DNA from: the human T2T-CHM13v2.0 reference genome, Homo sapiens
Reading direction: 5' to 3' (one strand)
DNA: 64,000 nucleotides
NCBI RefSeq assembly: GCF_009914755.1
Contig: NC_060929.1
The notes below the pieces were generated by a model, which was not told where the DNA came from, did not search any database, and worked only from the letters and a program-made list of their open reading frames with translations. The position numbers and the translations under genes are program-made. Of this stretch, positions 43,700 to 58,380 are shown piece after piece (the stretch's first letter is position 1; each line of letters begins with the position of its first letter).

Positions 43700-45290
43700 G
43701 TGTTTGCGCATTTTTAATTGCTTATTCATATTTATGTAGAAAGATTAGAAACAAAAAAATAAAAGCAAGCGGGAAAAAATTGCCCATAATCCTATCACTA
43801 TTGGCATGATAGCCATATTTGCACTGTTAGTGTGTAAGCACTAGTATCATTTTGGAGAATACTTTCTTTTAATGTGTATGAATGAAATAAATGTATCTTT
43901 AAAGTGGGATCATCGTAGATACAGTTTTTGGGAAACTACACTTAGCATATAGCAACATGTCATCAACATGCCACATATTTATCAATATAGACCCCATCAT
44001 TTGTAATGATTGGGTAGAATTTCATTTTATGGCTGTATGAGTTATTTAAGTATTAACCTAAGGCTGTCCATTTATTTTCAATTTTCCCCCTATTATAAAG
44101 AATATTGTGATATTCAAATCTTCACATTTTCATTTTTATGAATCCATCTGATTACTAGGGAAAATTCTTAGAAATAGAATTTCTGAATTAAATGCATCAC
44201 TTCCTTTTATATTTCATAACATTTTTACTAATTTTAATCTGTAAGAGTGTGTTGCTTTTCAGTCTCAATCACAGTGACAATTTTCCTCCTTTGATAGCCT
44301 AATAGTTGGTGAGGGCAGGGAAGACATCTTGTCTTATATTCATGGTTATGGTTACTAGTGAAGTATAATATTTTCATCATATTTTGTTAATCACTTACAT
44401 TTTTTATTTTTGTAAGTTGCTTGTTTATACTTTTTGCCCACTTTCCTAGTGGCTTATATATTCTTTTTATTGACAATTTGTAAGATTTCTATATACTAAA
44501 TTCATTAACCCTTTCTGTCACACATAGTTATAATTCTGTCATTTGCTTTTTCACTTGGATTGTGTTATTTTTCCCCATACGAATGTCTTAAAATATTTAT
44601 TTAGTTAGATCTTTCCATTTCTGCCTTAATTCTTCATTGAAAGAGCTTTCTTTATCTATATAAATGCATTTATATTTTCCTCTAATATTGTTAAATTTCA
44701 TTATTTGTACTTACATCTAATTCATTTGGAGACTTCATTTTATTTTAAGGTGTTAATTAAGGATCTACATTTATTCTTGTCAAATGGTTAGTTGTCATCA
44801 CACTTTTAAAAAAGAAATTATCATATTATACACCTTTTCTTCACTGATTTAAAAGGCCACCTTTATTATGTACTGAATTCTTATTTGTAGTTTTGTCTGT
44901 TTCTGAACTTTCTGTTTTGTTTCCTTGATCTATGTATTTTGGCGCAAGCTTCATACTGTTTTAATATTTGAAGTTTTATAACTTGTTAAAAACTTGATAT
45001 GATCCCCTATAATTATTTTGTTTTAAATCTTTTTTGACTTATTATTCCATGTTTAGTTTTCTAGTTGAATCTTAAAATTATTTTGTTAAGTTCTAAAGAA
45101 AAATTATGAGAATCATTTCCTTATAATGTGTGTCACTTTAGGGACGATTAACATCTTTAGAAAACTGAGTTCTCCCATTCAAAACATGGTGGTTATCTCC
45201 TTATAAGAACATCACTTTTTAGCATTCCTTAGAAAATGTTTGTATACCGTCTCCACATTTTGTGCAAAGTTTTTTCCAGTTTATGAAAGG
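43700..45290 (-). mobile_element. Decayed L1ME
   Basis: Antisense L1 motifs TTTTTGCCCACTTTCCT, ATTAACCCTTTCTGTCA, TTTCTCACTGATTTAAAAGGCCACCTTTATTATGTACT. Confidence 0.75.
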
Positions 45291-45399
45291 TTTTTGTTTT
45301 GTACATTCATTTATTTAGTTTATAAATGTTTATTAACACATTATATACCAAGCCACGGGCTAAGTCTGATACTGAAGAAATATCAATGGGGCCAGAGAA

Positions 45400-46010
<611 letters not shown>

Positions 46011-46019
46011 AGAGAATTT

Positions 46020-46410
46020 GATGTCATTAATATTTAGACAATAATTGAAACTTTTCTCGTGGTGAAGCTTGTCCAAGTGGAGTCAAAGATGGATATAGGA
46101 AGATAGCTCGTAACAGAATACTAAAAAAGCACTGAGAGTTAGGAAATGCCAGCGAAGAGGGGGCCGCAAAAAAAGGTAAGAAAGAATGGTTTAAGAAACA
46201 GGACAAAAGGAACATGACACCTGAGATTTGGAAGATGAAAAAGAGTGTTTCAAGAAAGAGGAGTTTGTTCCTACATTAAGAACTTTGCTAACTTTACCAA
46301 GGTGCATCTTCAGTGAAGAGTTGGATAGCATCAAAAAATTATTGGCAATAAAGAAGTAATGATCAAGTAATTGTTTTAAATTGAGTATCTAAAAAATTTG
46401 GCTAGGCTGA
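46020..46410 (-). mobile_element. L2 fragment
   Basis: AAAAGAGTGTTTCAAGAAAGAGGAGT and purine-rich antisense L2 character. Confidence 0.45.
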
Positions 46411-46611
46411 GAAGAATTTTAACTGTATTATAACTTTCAAATTATTTCAAATGTTTAATTTTTATCTAAAGATACATTTCACACCTAAGTATAAAACTTT
46501 CGATTTCATTATGTAATGTGTAAAGTCATCCTTTACTCCTCAATTTTTCTCACAATTCAAATCTAATAAATTATAAAATCTTGTAGTTTACACATTTAAA
46601 ATCTTATCTCA

Positions 46612-46905
<294 letters not shown>

Positions 46906-46999
46906 TAATTATCTTACAACTCATTCCATGTCATCCAGGCACATGCCACCTTCACCTACTGCAATCCTTTTAAACCAGACTCCCTGATTTCATCTGGCC

Positions 47000-47585
47000 C
47001 CCTATTCCATATTTCACTCTGAGCCAGAGTGATTCTTTTACAATGTAAGTCAGTTCCTCTTATTCCTTTGCTGAAAATCCAGTGAGGGTTTCCTATCTCT
47101 CTCAGAGAATAAGGGAAAGTACTTAAAAATTTCCTGCAAGTTCCTCTGTGATTTGACCATCTGTTGCCTCACTGACAGCAATTCCTGCAGCTCTTCTCCC
47201 TTATACCATCCAACTATTCTGATGGGCCCTTGAGCCTAGAAAGCCTGTTTCCACCTCTGAGCTCCCTCCTTCAATTCATTCAATGTTTTGATCAGATGTC
47301 ACTTTATCAAAAAAAGACCTTTACTGGTATAATAAAAAAAAGCAGTCCCCTTTCCCATCTGCTTTAATTTTTCTTGATAACACTTCTCACCATATGACCT
47401 ATTCTATTCTGTTCTTTTCTATTCTCTTTTCTTCTCTTCTCTTCCCTCCTTCTACTGTAAAGTGGGTGCCATAAAGTAATAGGCTTTCTTTTTCTCACTA
47501 CTAAATCTCCAGAGCCAAGAACAGTGCCTGGCACTTAGTAAGTCTGCAATAATATTTGTTAACTGACTGACTAGCTGAATGAAGG
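47000..47585 (+). mobile_element. L2 3' end
   Basis: AGCCAGAGTGATTCTTTTACAATGTAAGTCAG...TCTCCAGAGCCAAGAACAGTGCCTGGCACTTAGTAAG...TGAATGAA. Confidence 0.8.
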
Positions 47586-47859
47586 ATGTCTAGATGTGAA
47601 ATAATCAACATACATTTAACAATTAATTTTGGAATTAAAAATAATGTTTCCAATTTTGAAGCCTTTCAGAAAGAGATTTTTCTCCCCAAGAGAGGATTCA
47701 ATATCATGCTTTGAAAAACTGAAATAAAAGGGAATTTGAATTATAAAGACAGAATTTGCAAATATTACAATTTTAAGAATTTTTTAACTGATGCAAATTT
47801 ATTGTGATAATTGAGAATAAAATTATTTCTCAAAATGTCATACGACATAGAAATAAAAA

Positions 47860-48100
47860 GGTTAACACTTTGGAGACTTTACTGCAAGATTCTTAGGGCT
47901 CGAGTCCCAGCTCTACCACTTTCTAGCTGCACAACTTTAGGTTCCTCTCTACGCCTCAGTTTTCTCATCTGTTATTTCTTAGGGTTAATGATTGCATCTA
48001 ATTTATAAAGCTGTTGTAAGGAGCAAATGGCTTAAATTATGTAAATGACTTAGAACAGCGTTTGGAACATAGTGTCTCATAAGAATTTATTATTATTTAT
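47860..48100 (+). mobile_element. MIR SINE
   Basis: GGCTCGAGTCCCAGCTCTACCACTTTCTAGCTG...GCCTCAGTTTTCTCATCTGT. Confidence 0.85.
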
Positions 48101-51100
48101 TTGATAATATAGTATTATCCCTTCTCAAGAAAGTAGGTGCTCTTACTTAAGAAAGTAGGTGATGGAATTGGGGGATTTTATTTGTTGTTTGTTTATTTTT
48201 CTCTGCAATGTTTCTAAGGAGAAATCTCATAGGAGGAATCTAGGCAGTGTAAATTGTGTAGATACAATAAGTGGATGAGAGAATTAAGGCAATTTCTAGT
48301 TATGTGCATAAACACCTTATTTTTTTCACATGTGGAATGCAGAGAAACTTTTTGAGCCCTTATGTTTGACAAAAGAATGCTTTATTTCTTCATTTTACTT
48401 TACACGAATAGGCAAAGTTAAATAGCAAATAAGGCAAATTCAGCAGGGGATACCTAAAGCTCCAACCCCAAGCTCTAACCTTGAGACTAAATGAGGATAG
48501 TACAAATGCACAAACCTTAGATTTAAAAAAAAAAACAAAACTGACTTAATGAAAAAGTCATATCCTTAAATATTTATCCTCTTCAGGTAAATCTTATTCA
48601 AACTCTTCATCCATACTTTTCTCCTAGAAATTAACTCCAATAATGATATATTTTAGCCTTCCAAGCTATTTAGTGTCATAATTGATGCTGAGTTTTAAAT
48701 CATTCCTATCGCCTGTGTTTATATGTATTTATCATCCTATTTAGTTGCTATCTTTATAAAATTAGGTCTTCTGCTTCCTTAGTTATTCCCCATAGAGCCA
48801 AGAATAGTGCTCAGCAAATAACATTATTGGTGGAAATATGACAATCAAACAGAATTACTAAGGATGAATGTCATGTCCTCTCTTTAAAATATTATGCTTT
48901 AAAAAATATAATCTGTTATTTAAAAGTAAGTTTTAACAAGGAAAAGATTATTGTTCCATATGTAAAATATTTGACATGGTTTCTTGAACATAATGAACAC
49001 TTAACTAAAAGTTGGTTTCTCTTCTCCTACCATGACCTGAGACACATTTATTAGCTGCTCTCTGTCCAAATGTCTCAGCCTAAAATCCAAGAACAATCAA
49101 GACTTGGCATTCAATTTAACTGAGCAAAATATTCACTTTAAGGATAGCAAATACAAAAGAATGATATAATATTACTTTTCCCCAACTTTGCCCCAGGGTT
49201 TGTAATCTTATCAGAGAGCAAGTCATACAAACAGGAAATGATATCTTATGAAATGCTGAAACAGCACTGATATAAACAAGAGATCAAGAAGGGAACAACA
49301 ATCACTTTGTTATCTTTTTAGATAGGAATTGAGTCAGGGAGAAAGTGGTTTCTCAGCTAAACCCTAAAAAATATTTACAGTTTGGAGAAGAAGATTGGGG
49401 GAAAGATGGTTAAGAATCCTTCTTTGGAAATTTCAGATTTTTAATCTTTGGCCAGGACACATTTACAGACCATCTATTAAATTTAAAAGAGATCTTAGCT
49501 ACCTTTGTAAGCTTTGCTCTTCCCTAATCTACTCAAAGATAACTCAGAGTATAAACAAAGTTTAGAAGATCAATCTAAGACAAAAATCTCATGGAATTAT
49601 ATAAAATGGTTCCTTTAAAAACATACTGAAGGATTTGTGTTGCAGGGAAATAGGTCTTAAGAAGGGGGAAAAGTGAAATATATCCTCAACATTTATCATA
49701 ATAGAGCCTAGTATCTTTTATTTTGTCACCTACACCCTAGGGAAATATACTATGAGCCACATTTTTACCTGCATATTTCTTTCTCTTTTGTAAAAAAAAT
49801 TAACATGAATATAGTCCTTAAAGTCATCATATTGATATGTCATAATTAAAAATTAACTAAATAAACAATTAGTTATTTCATTATTTGCAAAATGTGATTT
49901 TCCTGAAAACAAAACTAACCAGCACAACAAAATCATTTATAGGACATAATCCAGTGGAAAGCAATAGATTAAAGGAGTTGGGGGTGGAGAGAAGGTAATT
50001 TGTTTTACAGTCCCAGCTTTATTTTATTTTAATACGTGTCATCCTGTAAAAATCCTGCATCTTAACTTTAAAAGAAAGGTATTGATGTAAGATTTGGAGA
50101 GGGTTGGAGAAAAAGAATGAGAAAGCTACAGGAATTGGGAGAAATTTATAGTTAGAACTGATACTGAGTGAAAATTAAGAGTACATACCTAGCATGTTTT
50201 GTGCTTCCTTTCTTCCAGAGAGGAAATGACACTTTAGATTCCCTGGGATGCTGGAACCACATGCAAAAAAGGATGGGCAAATTTGTCATTCAGAATTTAT
50301 GAAGGATATTTTTTCTTCTCGCTGACTAAAAAGAACAAATCAAACACTAGGTTTCCAATTCTGAAAATTAGTGGACTCTGGAGAGCCAATTAAACATTAT
50401 TCCCCTATCTCGACTCTGTTTTAACATCTTTCTTTATTGCACTGTTTCTTTCACTCACAAGGCAGGTAGATGGTGTTATCAGGCTAATTTGGGGACAGTT
50501 ATCATTATAATGTAATTTTTTGCAATTATGTGGTAGACCAGGTGGCAAGACAGCATGGCTTTGCATTGCCAAGGTGCAAAATAAATTCAGTGTTCAATCA
50601 ACCTGAGAGAGAAAGGACAACTCTCATTTGCATAAACATGTAGCCACGGAAACGAGATGCGCAGAGGTATAAGGGGAAAGAGACCTATTTTACATGATGT
50701 GCATAGAATATTTGACAGTTTAGATTGGAGGCGTCATTGATGTGGGTTGGAATGGTACGGTTGGTTGCCATGGATATGGTTTTCCCTACTGGCAGTGCAG
50801 AGATTGGCAGGGATGGATGCTGGAAAAAAAAAAAAAACCCAAACCACTGCAACACTCTGGCAGCCTCATTCTTTTCTTTTGTTGAAAAGCTATGTATCCT
50901 TTCTGCACTAATGACAGCTCATCAAGTATGCAGTGTAATCTAGAAACACTGATATTTCTGTAATAAATCATTCATGTATAATATATATGTATTTATACAT
51001 TCTATGCACATATATATGTGGCAATCTACATGTATATATTTGGAATAACATGTATGCAGATTAATAAAAGATTAGATTCAGGAGAAAAATATTTACTTTT

Positions 51101-53714
51101 GCCACTAGTTTCTATTTAGTATTAATTTGGGAAGCCCTTAGATACGAGGATTTATTAAATAAAATAAACAATGTATAAATCTACTGAATTATCATCTAAC
51201 TTAGGAAAAGAGAATTGCATAGTATGTTTTTGTGGATAAGACAAACAATGAAAGGAAGGAGGAGTGGCTTGCCCCAACGGCCTAGTCTCTGAGTATTTGA
51301 CCTCTATAGCCACTGCATTGCTGTCATAGAACTATGCAAATGCAGTTCGTCCATGAGAAAACAAGGCACTTTTTTATTTCCTTTTTGGTTCTATCACAAC
51401 ATGTAGCACAGTAAAAACCCAAGCAGGCTATTTATACTGTTTTTCAGAAATGCTGAAGGCACTTAATTTTCCTTTTCTAAAGGCTCACCCGTTTGTTATC
51501 TTGTTTTCATACAGTTAGTCCGAAACCTTGCTTTTATTAAAAGGTTTTCAGGGATGTCTTTTATCTTTAGAATTCATTCACTAACATATCATGCAAGCTG
51601 GGGCTAAAGGAGCAGAGCCTCAGCTGCCCAATCCTGCAGGGCGAGAACTGAGGACCTTCATCTCTGCTAATGGGCAGCTTTGCACTCGGCCATACTCCCG
51701 AGATTTGAATTCTGGTGGACAAGTTCTTATGACCTTGTGAGTTTCCTTCTACCCCTTCTAGACTGTGGAGGAATGTTGAGCGTCAAGGCATTTTGTAAAT
51801 TATCTGTCCACCCTAACACTGGAAACTGAGAAAAGGGTTGGAAACAGTACTAATTGTGCAATTACAACATAGGATCATTTTTGAAACATAACCTGTCTTC
51901 TGCCCTTAATATTTGACTTTGCCGTGCATAGAGCCAAAATCTGATGAATAATTATCAATCAACTGATCTCAACTGGATTGAGACTTAAAATAATATGTAG
52001 TTGAAAGAATAATCAAAATATTCTTCTCTCACTTTATAAGAAAGTTCTTTTAATGGGCAAAATGAAGAAAGTCTGCATTGATATTACATAATTTTCCCCT
52101 TATTTAACATTTTAGGTGAAAATCTATTATTTATTGATAAAACTCGTGAAAAGCACTGGTTATTTTTGCTATTGCATCTTTCTTACATGAAGTGTACCAG
52201 TGGGTCAGGTCCTGTAAGAATCCACCCCCCACAACCCCAGCCCCATCATTGTTCTCAGCTTTTCCCTAGGAACCACTCAACAATTGCTAATATCCTTTCT
52301 ATGGTAAACTAGTCAGTGACCTGTTTGTCAAGATGAAAATCAGCTGTAATCATATCATTTTTATTTTCATTTTCTTATTTCTTAGTTTACTTTTGTCAGT
52401 GCTTCTTAGAGTGATGAGCTCTTACTTATTCTTCAAATTCATTTGCTCTTAGCTGTACATATTGGACATTAATAAATATTCATTGCAAAAAAGTAAGTTA
52501 GCAACTGCTTTAATCTCTGTATTTCACTGTTTCTTAAGTTTTTAAAGATGAAATAGAACCTTAAATTCTATCCAGAGTTACAAGTGTATTATATAAGACC
52601 TATTTATGAACAATGAGATTCAAAATGATTATAAAGTGTTTAAGAGTGAGTACAAATTTTAATACAGAAAATCAACATAATGCACAGGGTCAAGGTAGAT
52701 GCACCATTTCATCACGTGTAAATGTTCCTGTTTGGGCACCTCTTTTGCTTATACTTTGTTGTCTCATGCGTTTTGTTTTCTTTATTTCCTTTAACACCCC
52801 ATGTTATTTTTTATTTTTCTTTTCCACTCCTGTGCTTCCTGTTTGTGTACACTCCTCCATTTGTAATCGATATAAAAGATACTATGTTGAAGAAAAATCA
52901 AGTGATGCTTGGGGCTTGTTCACCTTTGCCCAAATCTCTTGCAGACACTGGCAAGATTTTAGTATGTTCCTTTGTCTTATACAAAATATTTAGATGCTAT
53001 AGCGTTGAGGCCCTCCACATAATTGTAAATACAGATGGTCCTCGAAAGCTAGTATGTAACACACACAGAAATAAAAGGTTTAAAAATCTTATTTCTAATT
53101 CAAAGAAAAAATTGCTTGCTCATCATTAGAAATCAATTCTTAGTCCTACAGGAATAAAGAAATATGAATGTGGTTATTTTATGAGCAGAGACCTGATTAT
53201 TTCATGCTGTGAGTGTGATTCTTCAGTGGTCAGAAGGAGAGTTCTGGAGAGGTCTACTTTTCATGGGCAAGTGCACACTTGCCTCAATCTCACTCATAAA
53301 TCAGGAGACAGTCACATGCACTTGGGCCTTAAATGTGTTCATTTCAAATCAGGCAGGAGGCCTGACTCACATAGTAAATTTTCAGGATTAGGATCTCCAA
53401 ACCTTTATTATCGCATATGTAGATGGATTCATTTTCAGACTCTGATAACTGGTTCAATATTGTATCATTTTAAGGATTTGGTTGACTATTTTACTTTCTC
53501 ACTTTTAGGTTGTTAAGATATATTATCATACTAGTTTTAGTCATGTCCATAAAAGAAAATGTAAATTTTACACTTTGCATCATAGGTTCATTTGCTCCCT
53601 CTGAAAATAGACATTTTCCTTGTTTCTTAGACTCATTCAAAATATAGACAGTATTTCTTCCTTGAAAGGAGAATAAGGAAGCAAACTGATTATTTGTTGT
53701 GATCAGGCTTATTA

Positions 53715-53860
53715 AAATAGAGACAGAAAACTAGAGTTCATTTCCTAGATCTGTCATGAGATGACTAAAAAGTGAGGGGCTCTCTTTCTTGTCTTACTTT
53801 CCTCATTTGTAAAGTGACGCACTCTGATCTTCACAAGCACATTTTGACTCAGTAATACGT
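53715..53860 (+). mobile_element. MIR3-like fragment
   Basis: AGACAGAAAACTAGAGTTC...TTTCCTCATTTGTAAAGTG. Confidence 0.5.
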
Positions 53861-56839
53861 GTAAGTCAGGATTTCCAAACTCTGTGATGAGGAGCAGTTA
53901 TTGACTTTCCTTATGTGTTTTGACTGCAGCTTCAGGTGGGACAGGTGCTCTCCCGGCCATGATAGAGCCAGTTCCTGATGCAGACAGTGACAGGACAAGT
54001 TGATGACCAAAATATATGAAGGCAAAAATTACTGACACAGACTGGATGTAATCAGTATATGGCTTTGAGAGCTAATGATTTATTATGATCAATCTGTTGA
54101 GAACACCTAATTGTTGATGTCTTAGAATTTCTTGTAGAAAGGATTGCCTATGCTGACATGCCCTTTATACCTCAGCTTCTTTATCAATACGTAAAATTAA
54201 ATATCCCTTTGTCTTCTATTTAAATCCATCCCCTTTCTTCAGATGGCATAAATACTAGTATAATAAAGCATAGGAAGTACAATGGTAATGTGAAAGGTAC
54301 TGAAATTCCTAATATAGCATATATCTCAAATGGCATTTCTTGTATTCTGATAAAATTGTACTGACATTAAATTTTTACTCACAACCTGTCTACCTGCTAT
54401 CTATAATTAACATGACCCCACATCTTTGCCATCAATTTTGTATTCTTTTAAGGCTACTTCTAAAGAGTTAATAGAAAAGAAAAAAAAAACTTTGGATTTC
54501 AGAATTACTGGATAGTGTTTCTTTATCTGGCAAAGAAAAAGCACTTTCATTCAGGGCTAACCTCAAATTTTATTTTTCTGGTCTTCAAAATGCCACATGT
54601 TATTTTCTCACTGTACCACTGCTCCATGTCACCCATGATGACATCAAACCATGTGCCAATATGAACTTACCCTTATCCAGTCTGCTCAATAGGATGATGC
54701 CCTTCACCGTTCAAATTAAATCTGAACCCTATGTCACTGCTCCTAAGCTGCTATTCATCAATTTATTTTTTTCATGTTGTCATGTAGCCATGCTGTGGCT
54801 TTTTCTAATGTCCTTATCTCTATCATTAATTTTACCTTCTGATGTAGTAGTACTGAATGATGTGATTTACAACTTAATGAAATGAGTTTTTGAAACATTA
54901 GATAAAATAGTAAATCAATTTTTATAAGAGTCGGTGATCTAGAGTTCTGAAGGTAGACTTAATTTGCCTCCTTTGCCTGACTTCATCTCAGGTGAAATGA
55001 ATGGCATAGAACAATACAGTACACAATGCATCATGCATAATACATAGCAGTTGAATTCAATTTTAGTGGTTCTCCTAATGGTGTCCAGATGAGGACAGGG
55101 TGGGACTAAAAACATTGATTGGTGTTTTGAGGCAGCTCCTTGACTTTGTAATCTCACTTTCTTACCTTTTGTTTAACCTTTATGCTTGAGAATAAAATTT
55201 ATCTCTATGGACACACATCCTTTGGGAAAGGGTGATTGACTTTTTTTACTGCTTGGGATGCCAAGATTTTAAAAAAAGGACTCAGTTGAAGGATATGTAG
55301 ATTAACATAATAAAGAATATTAATAAACAATTGGGTCCAGTTTCCTGCCTTTAGGCAAGTGATTAGACAAACCACCTAAGTCCAATATTTTACACAATCA
55401 AAGATATTTATATTCTAAGTGGGAAAAGAAATAATTTCTTCTTGTTTCTCACCGAGCAACTCATTTAGGGTACTAAGACAGTTCCAAATATTACTTACAT
55501 GTGTCTGGTATGGTAATCTGAATTCTATAACTGGGTGGTGGTAAATTCCAGGGTAAAACAATTAGAATCCAATCTGTTAAAAAAAATCGTATTTTTGAAT
55601 ACATATGGCGTATGATGCGGTTGTAATTAATCAGTTCATGAAATTCAGCATGAGCTGTTCCTATCATCTGAAGACCTTGTGTGTATATCTGCAAGATCTA
55701 CTGTCAGGGGATCAAAAGGAACTGACACCAAGAGAATTTTTTAGTGGCCCCAAATGGTGGGATAGGAATATTCCAGACTCCCCTACTCATCACCTCATGC
55801 CTGAGGAGATGGAACACTAAGTGAAATTTCCAAGCTCAAAAAAAGGTATTTTTTCCATCTTAATTTTGAAATGTCTGTGGAAAAAGTCAGATTCAAGTAG
55901 GTGCCCACAGTGTAGGTGAACATGGAGCAAAGTGACAGCTGAACTTCACAGAAAACAAGTAGGTTGCTGTTATTCTTTTAGTGAAGTATAATGGAAGCAG
56001 TACTTATAATAAGAATGATACACTAGCAAGACAAATATAGGAAGCTTTGTAAACATTCCTGAAAGATGTTGACTTCACTTCCCTGGGCCTCAGCATCCTT
56101 ATACATGAATAAAAGTATTGGATAGCTTCTAGACTTACAATTTCAATATCATCTGCGGCATAGAACACAAACATTTGTTGAGTCTCATTATGAAATGCAT
56201 TGATGATGAAATAAATAGCAAAACATGTTCAAATTAATGGTGTGTCTGCACTTCGAGTTTCTCTGGCATTTCTGCTTCTGCAATTGAAGAAATAGTATCC
56301 AGTAGATATAACACAGATTAAAAAAAATAATAACCTGGAAAGATCCAGATCCCAGTGGCAGCTTTGTGATTATATATTTATATTCATTGGCCAGAAATAT
56401 TTATATTCACTGTCCAGAAAGACAGGCTTATTGGATGTAGAATCCAAGTTTATAAAATAATGAGAAATTTCTACTTAAAGTAAACAAACTATCTCATAAA
56501 ATCCTGAAATACTACAACTGACTACTCATGGAAACTTGAAAAACTTAATTTTAGCATAGGTCAGTATACCTGTAAGTATTTCATTACGTACCATATCCAA
56601 CACAGGGCTCAATTCTGTAGCAGATATCAAAATATAAGATGTGATTCATACAGCCCAAATTTACAATTTAGTTGGGAGGGAAGATTAATAGACAAAACAA
56701 CAATGAATCATGAAAGAGTTTATAAGTATGTGCTAAATTGTGCAGTGCAGACTACAAATATGCTATTTTACTGTTTTTACTGTGAGTGGTATAATATGGT
56801 ACTCAGAAAAATGAAAATTTAAACAATTAGAAGTTAGAT

Positions 56840-57371
56840 TAGGTGTCCCAAAGTATGTAACTCAGGACACAAATCACAGATGCTTTTAAACATGTTGCTT
56901 TTTGTTTTCTTTTTTTGCGACAAAGTCTCACTCTGTTGCCCAGGTTGGAGTGCAGTGGTGTGATCTTAGCTCACTGCAACCTCCAGCTCGAAGTTTCAAA
57001 TGATTCTTAAGCCTCAGCCTCCAGAGTAGCTGGGACTACAGGCATGTGCCACCATGCCTGGCTAATTTTTAGCAGAGGAGGGGTTTCACCATGTTGGCCA
57101 GGCTGGTCTCAAACTCCTGACCTCAAGTGTTCTGCCTGCCTCGGCGTCTCAAAGTGCTGGGATTATAGGCATGAGCCACCGTGTCCACCTAACACGTGGC
57201 TTTTGAGGATAAAAGAACATTGTACTTTATAGCCCTGCTATTGGTTAGTAATAGTGTATCTCAGCATATATAATTTCATTTAATCTGGTATTTCCCAAAT
57301 TTCATTAACCATAGGACCTTTAATGTCCCTGAGCACTTGTATTTATCCCAAAAACATTTTAGAAAATTCTG
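56840..57371. mobile_element. hAT MITE (MER103C-like) interrupted by an Alu
   Basis: TGTCCCAAAGTATG start; TAATCTGGTATTTCCCAAAT...ACATTTTAGAAAATTCTG end. Confidence 0.5.
56898..57190 (-). mobile_element. Alu (AluS/J-like)
   Basis: Dimer; TSD AACATGTTGCTTTT / AACACGTGGCTTTT. Confidence 0.93.
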
Positions 57372-58223
57372 GACTTTGAAAATTCATAAGTCACAGAAAT
57401 ATAATGTAGTAGTAACTAAAAATAAGAAAGCCAGGAGTATGTTTGTTTTTGAAAAGATGAATTTCAGGATGACAATCAAGATCCAGGTTAATATAAATAT
57501 TTGACTGAGGCCCGTGGCCCATCTAACTTGACTCTGGATAATTCTTAGGAATTATTGTGCTCTTAGGGATTTAGACCAGGCTAATATTTTTGTGTTTTTT
57601 ATAAAATCATGACAAGGGTATAAATATAAGAAGAAATTATTATTAAAATATAGCCATTAATGATAGCCATGAATTAATTAAAACTTACCTCAGCAGTATA
57701 TCATTTGACTCATCTGCATGTACTATCACAAGGTTTTAGTGACAAATTTGCCCTTGAGAATAAGAGCTTAGTTCTGATTGTAAGACGTTTTAGTTGGAAA
57801 TTACTAATATAAACTGTAGCTGTGATTCAATAGAAAACTGGTCTAGGCCCCTCTATGTCTTTTCAGGGTAAATTACATTAAAGATTTACTCTTAAAAAAC
57901 AAACGATTTCAAACACCTTATTTATAGCACTTTCTCCACCTCCACAATAAAATAGTTCACAAAAGTTAGTAATGGTGCTATCAAGATTTTAGCTGGGATA
58001 ATTGGCCCACATCATTTTATGTTAAATCCAGCCACTGCTGTGTCTCAAAGAATTTGCACTCTTTAGTTAGAATAATTCTGAAGCCTCTTGTGTCACTAGG
58101 CTACTTAGAACCACATTGACAGGAAGGGGGTTTAAGGGTAAGTTGTTCGGGTAGAATGACATTTATAAGGATTTTTATTATTAGTATTCAATGATATACT
58201 CCATTGTGAACCCTTGACTCAGA

Positions 58224-58380
58224 GCAGTGTTTCTCAAACTTTCATGTGCAAAAGTACGACCTGGTGGATCTTGTTAAAGTGCATATTCTGATTCAGGAGG
58301 TTTGAGATCAGTTCCAAATTCTGCATTTCTAATAAGCTCCTAGGTGATGCTGGTCCCTGAACTACTCTTTAAGTTGCACA
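58224..58380. mobile_element. MER5A-like hAT MITE
   Basis: CAGTGTTTCTCAAACTT...CTTGTTAAAGTGCATATT...TCTGCATTTCTAATAAGCTCCTAGGTGATGC. Confidence 0.85.

Noticed and set aside
48128-48162. Small local duplications (AAGAAAGTAGGTG x2; also ~56374-56420, ~58490-58512, ~60717-60749)
   Set aside because: Ordinary replication-slippage duplications with no further structure.
52613-53516. Overlapping 111-135 aa ORFs in unique sequence
   Set aside because: F/L/C/I-rich composition typical of random AT-rich DNA, with no recognisable domain or exon structure.
53905-54060. Possible exon after TTTTGACTGCAG
   Set aside because: No convincing donor or open frame; acceptor-like motifs are common.
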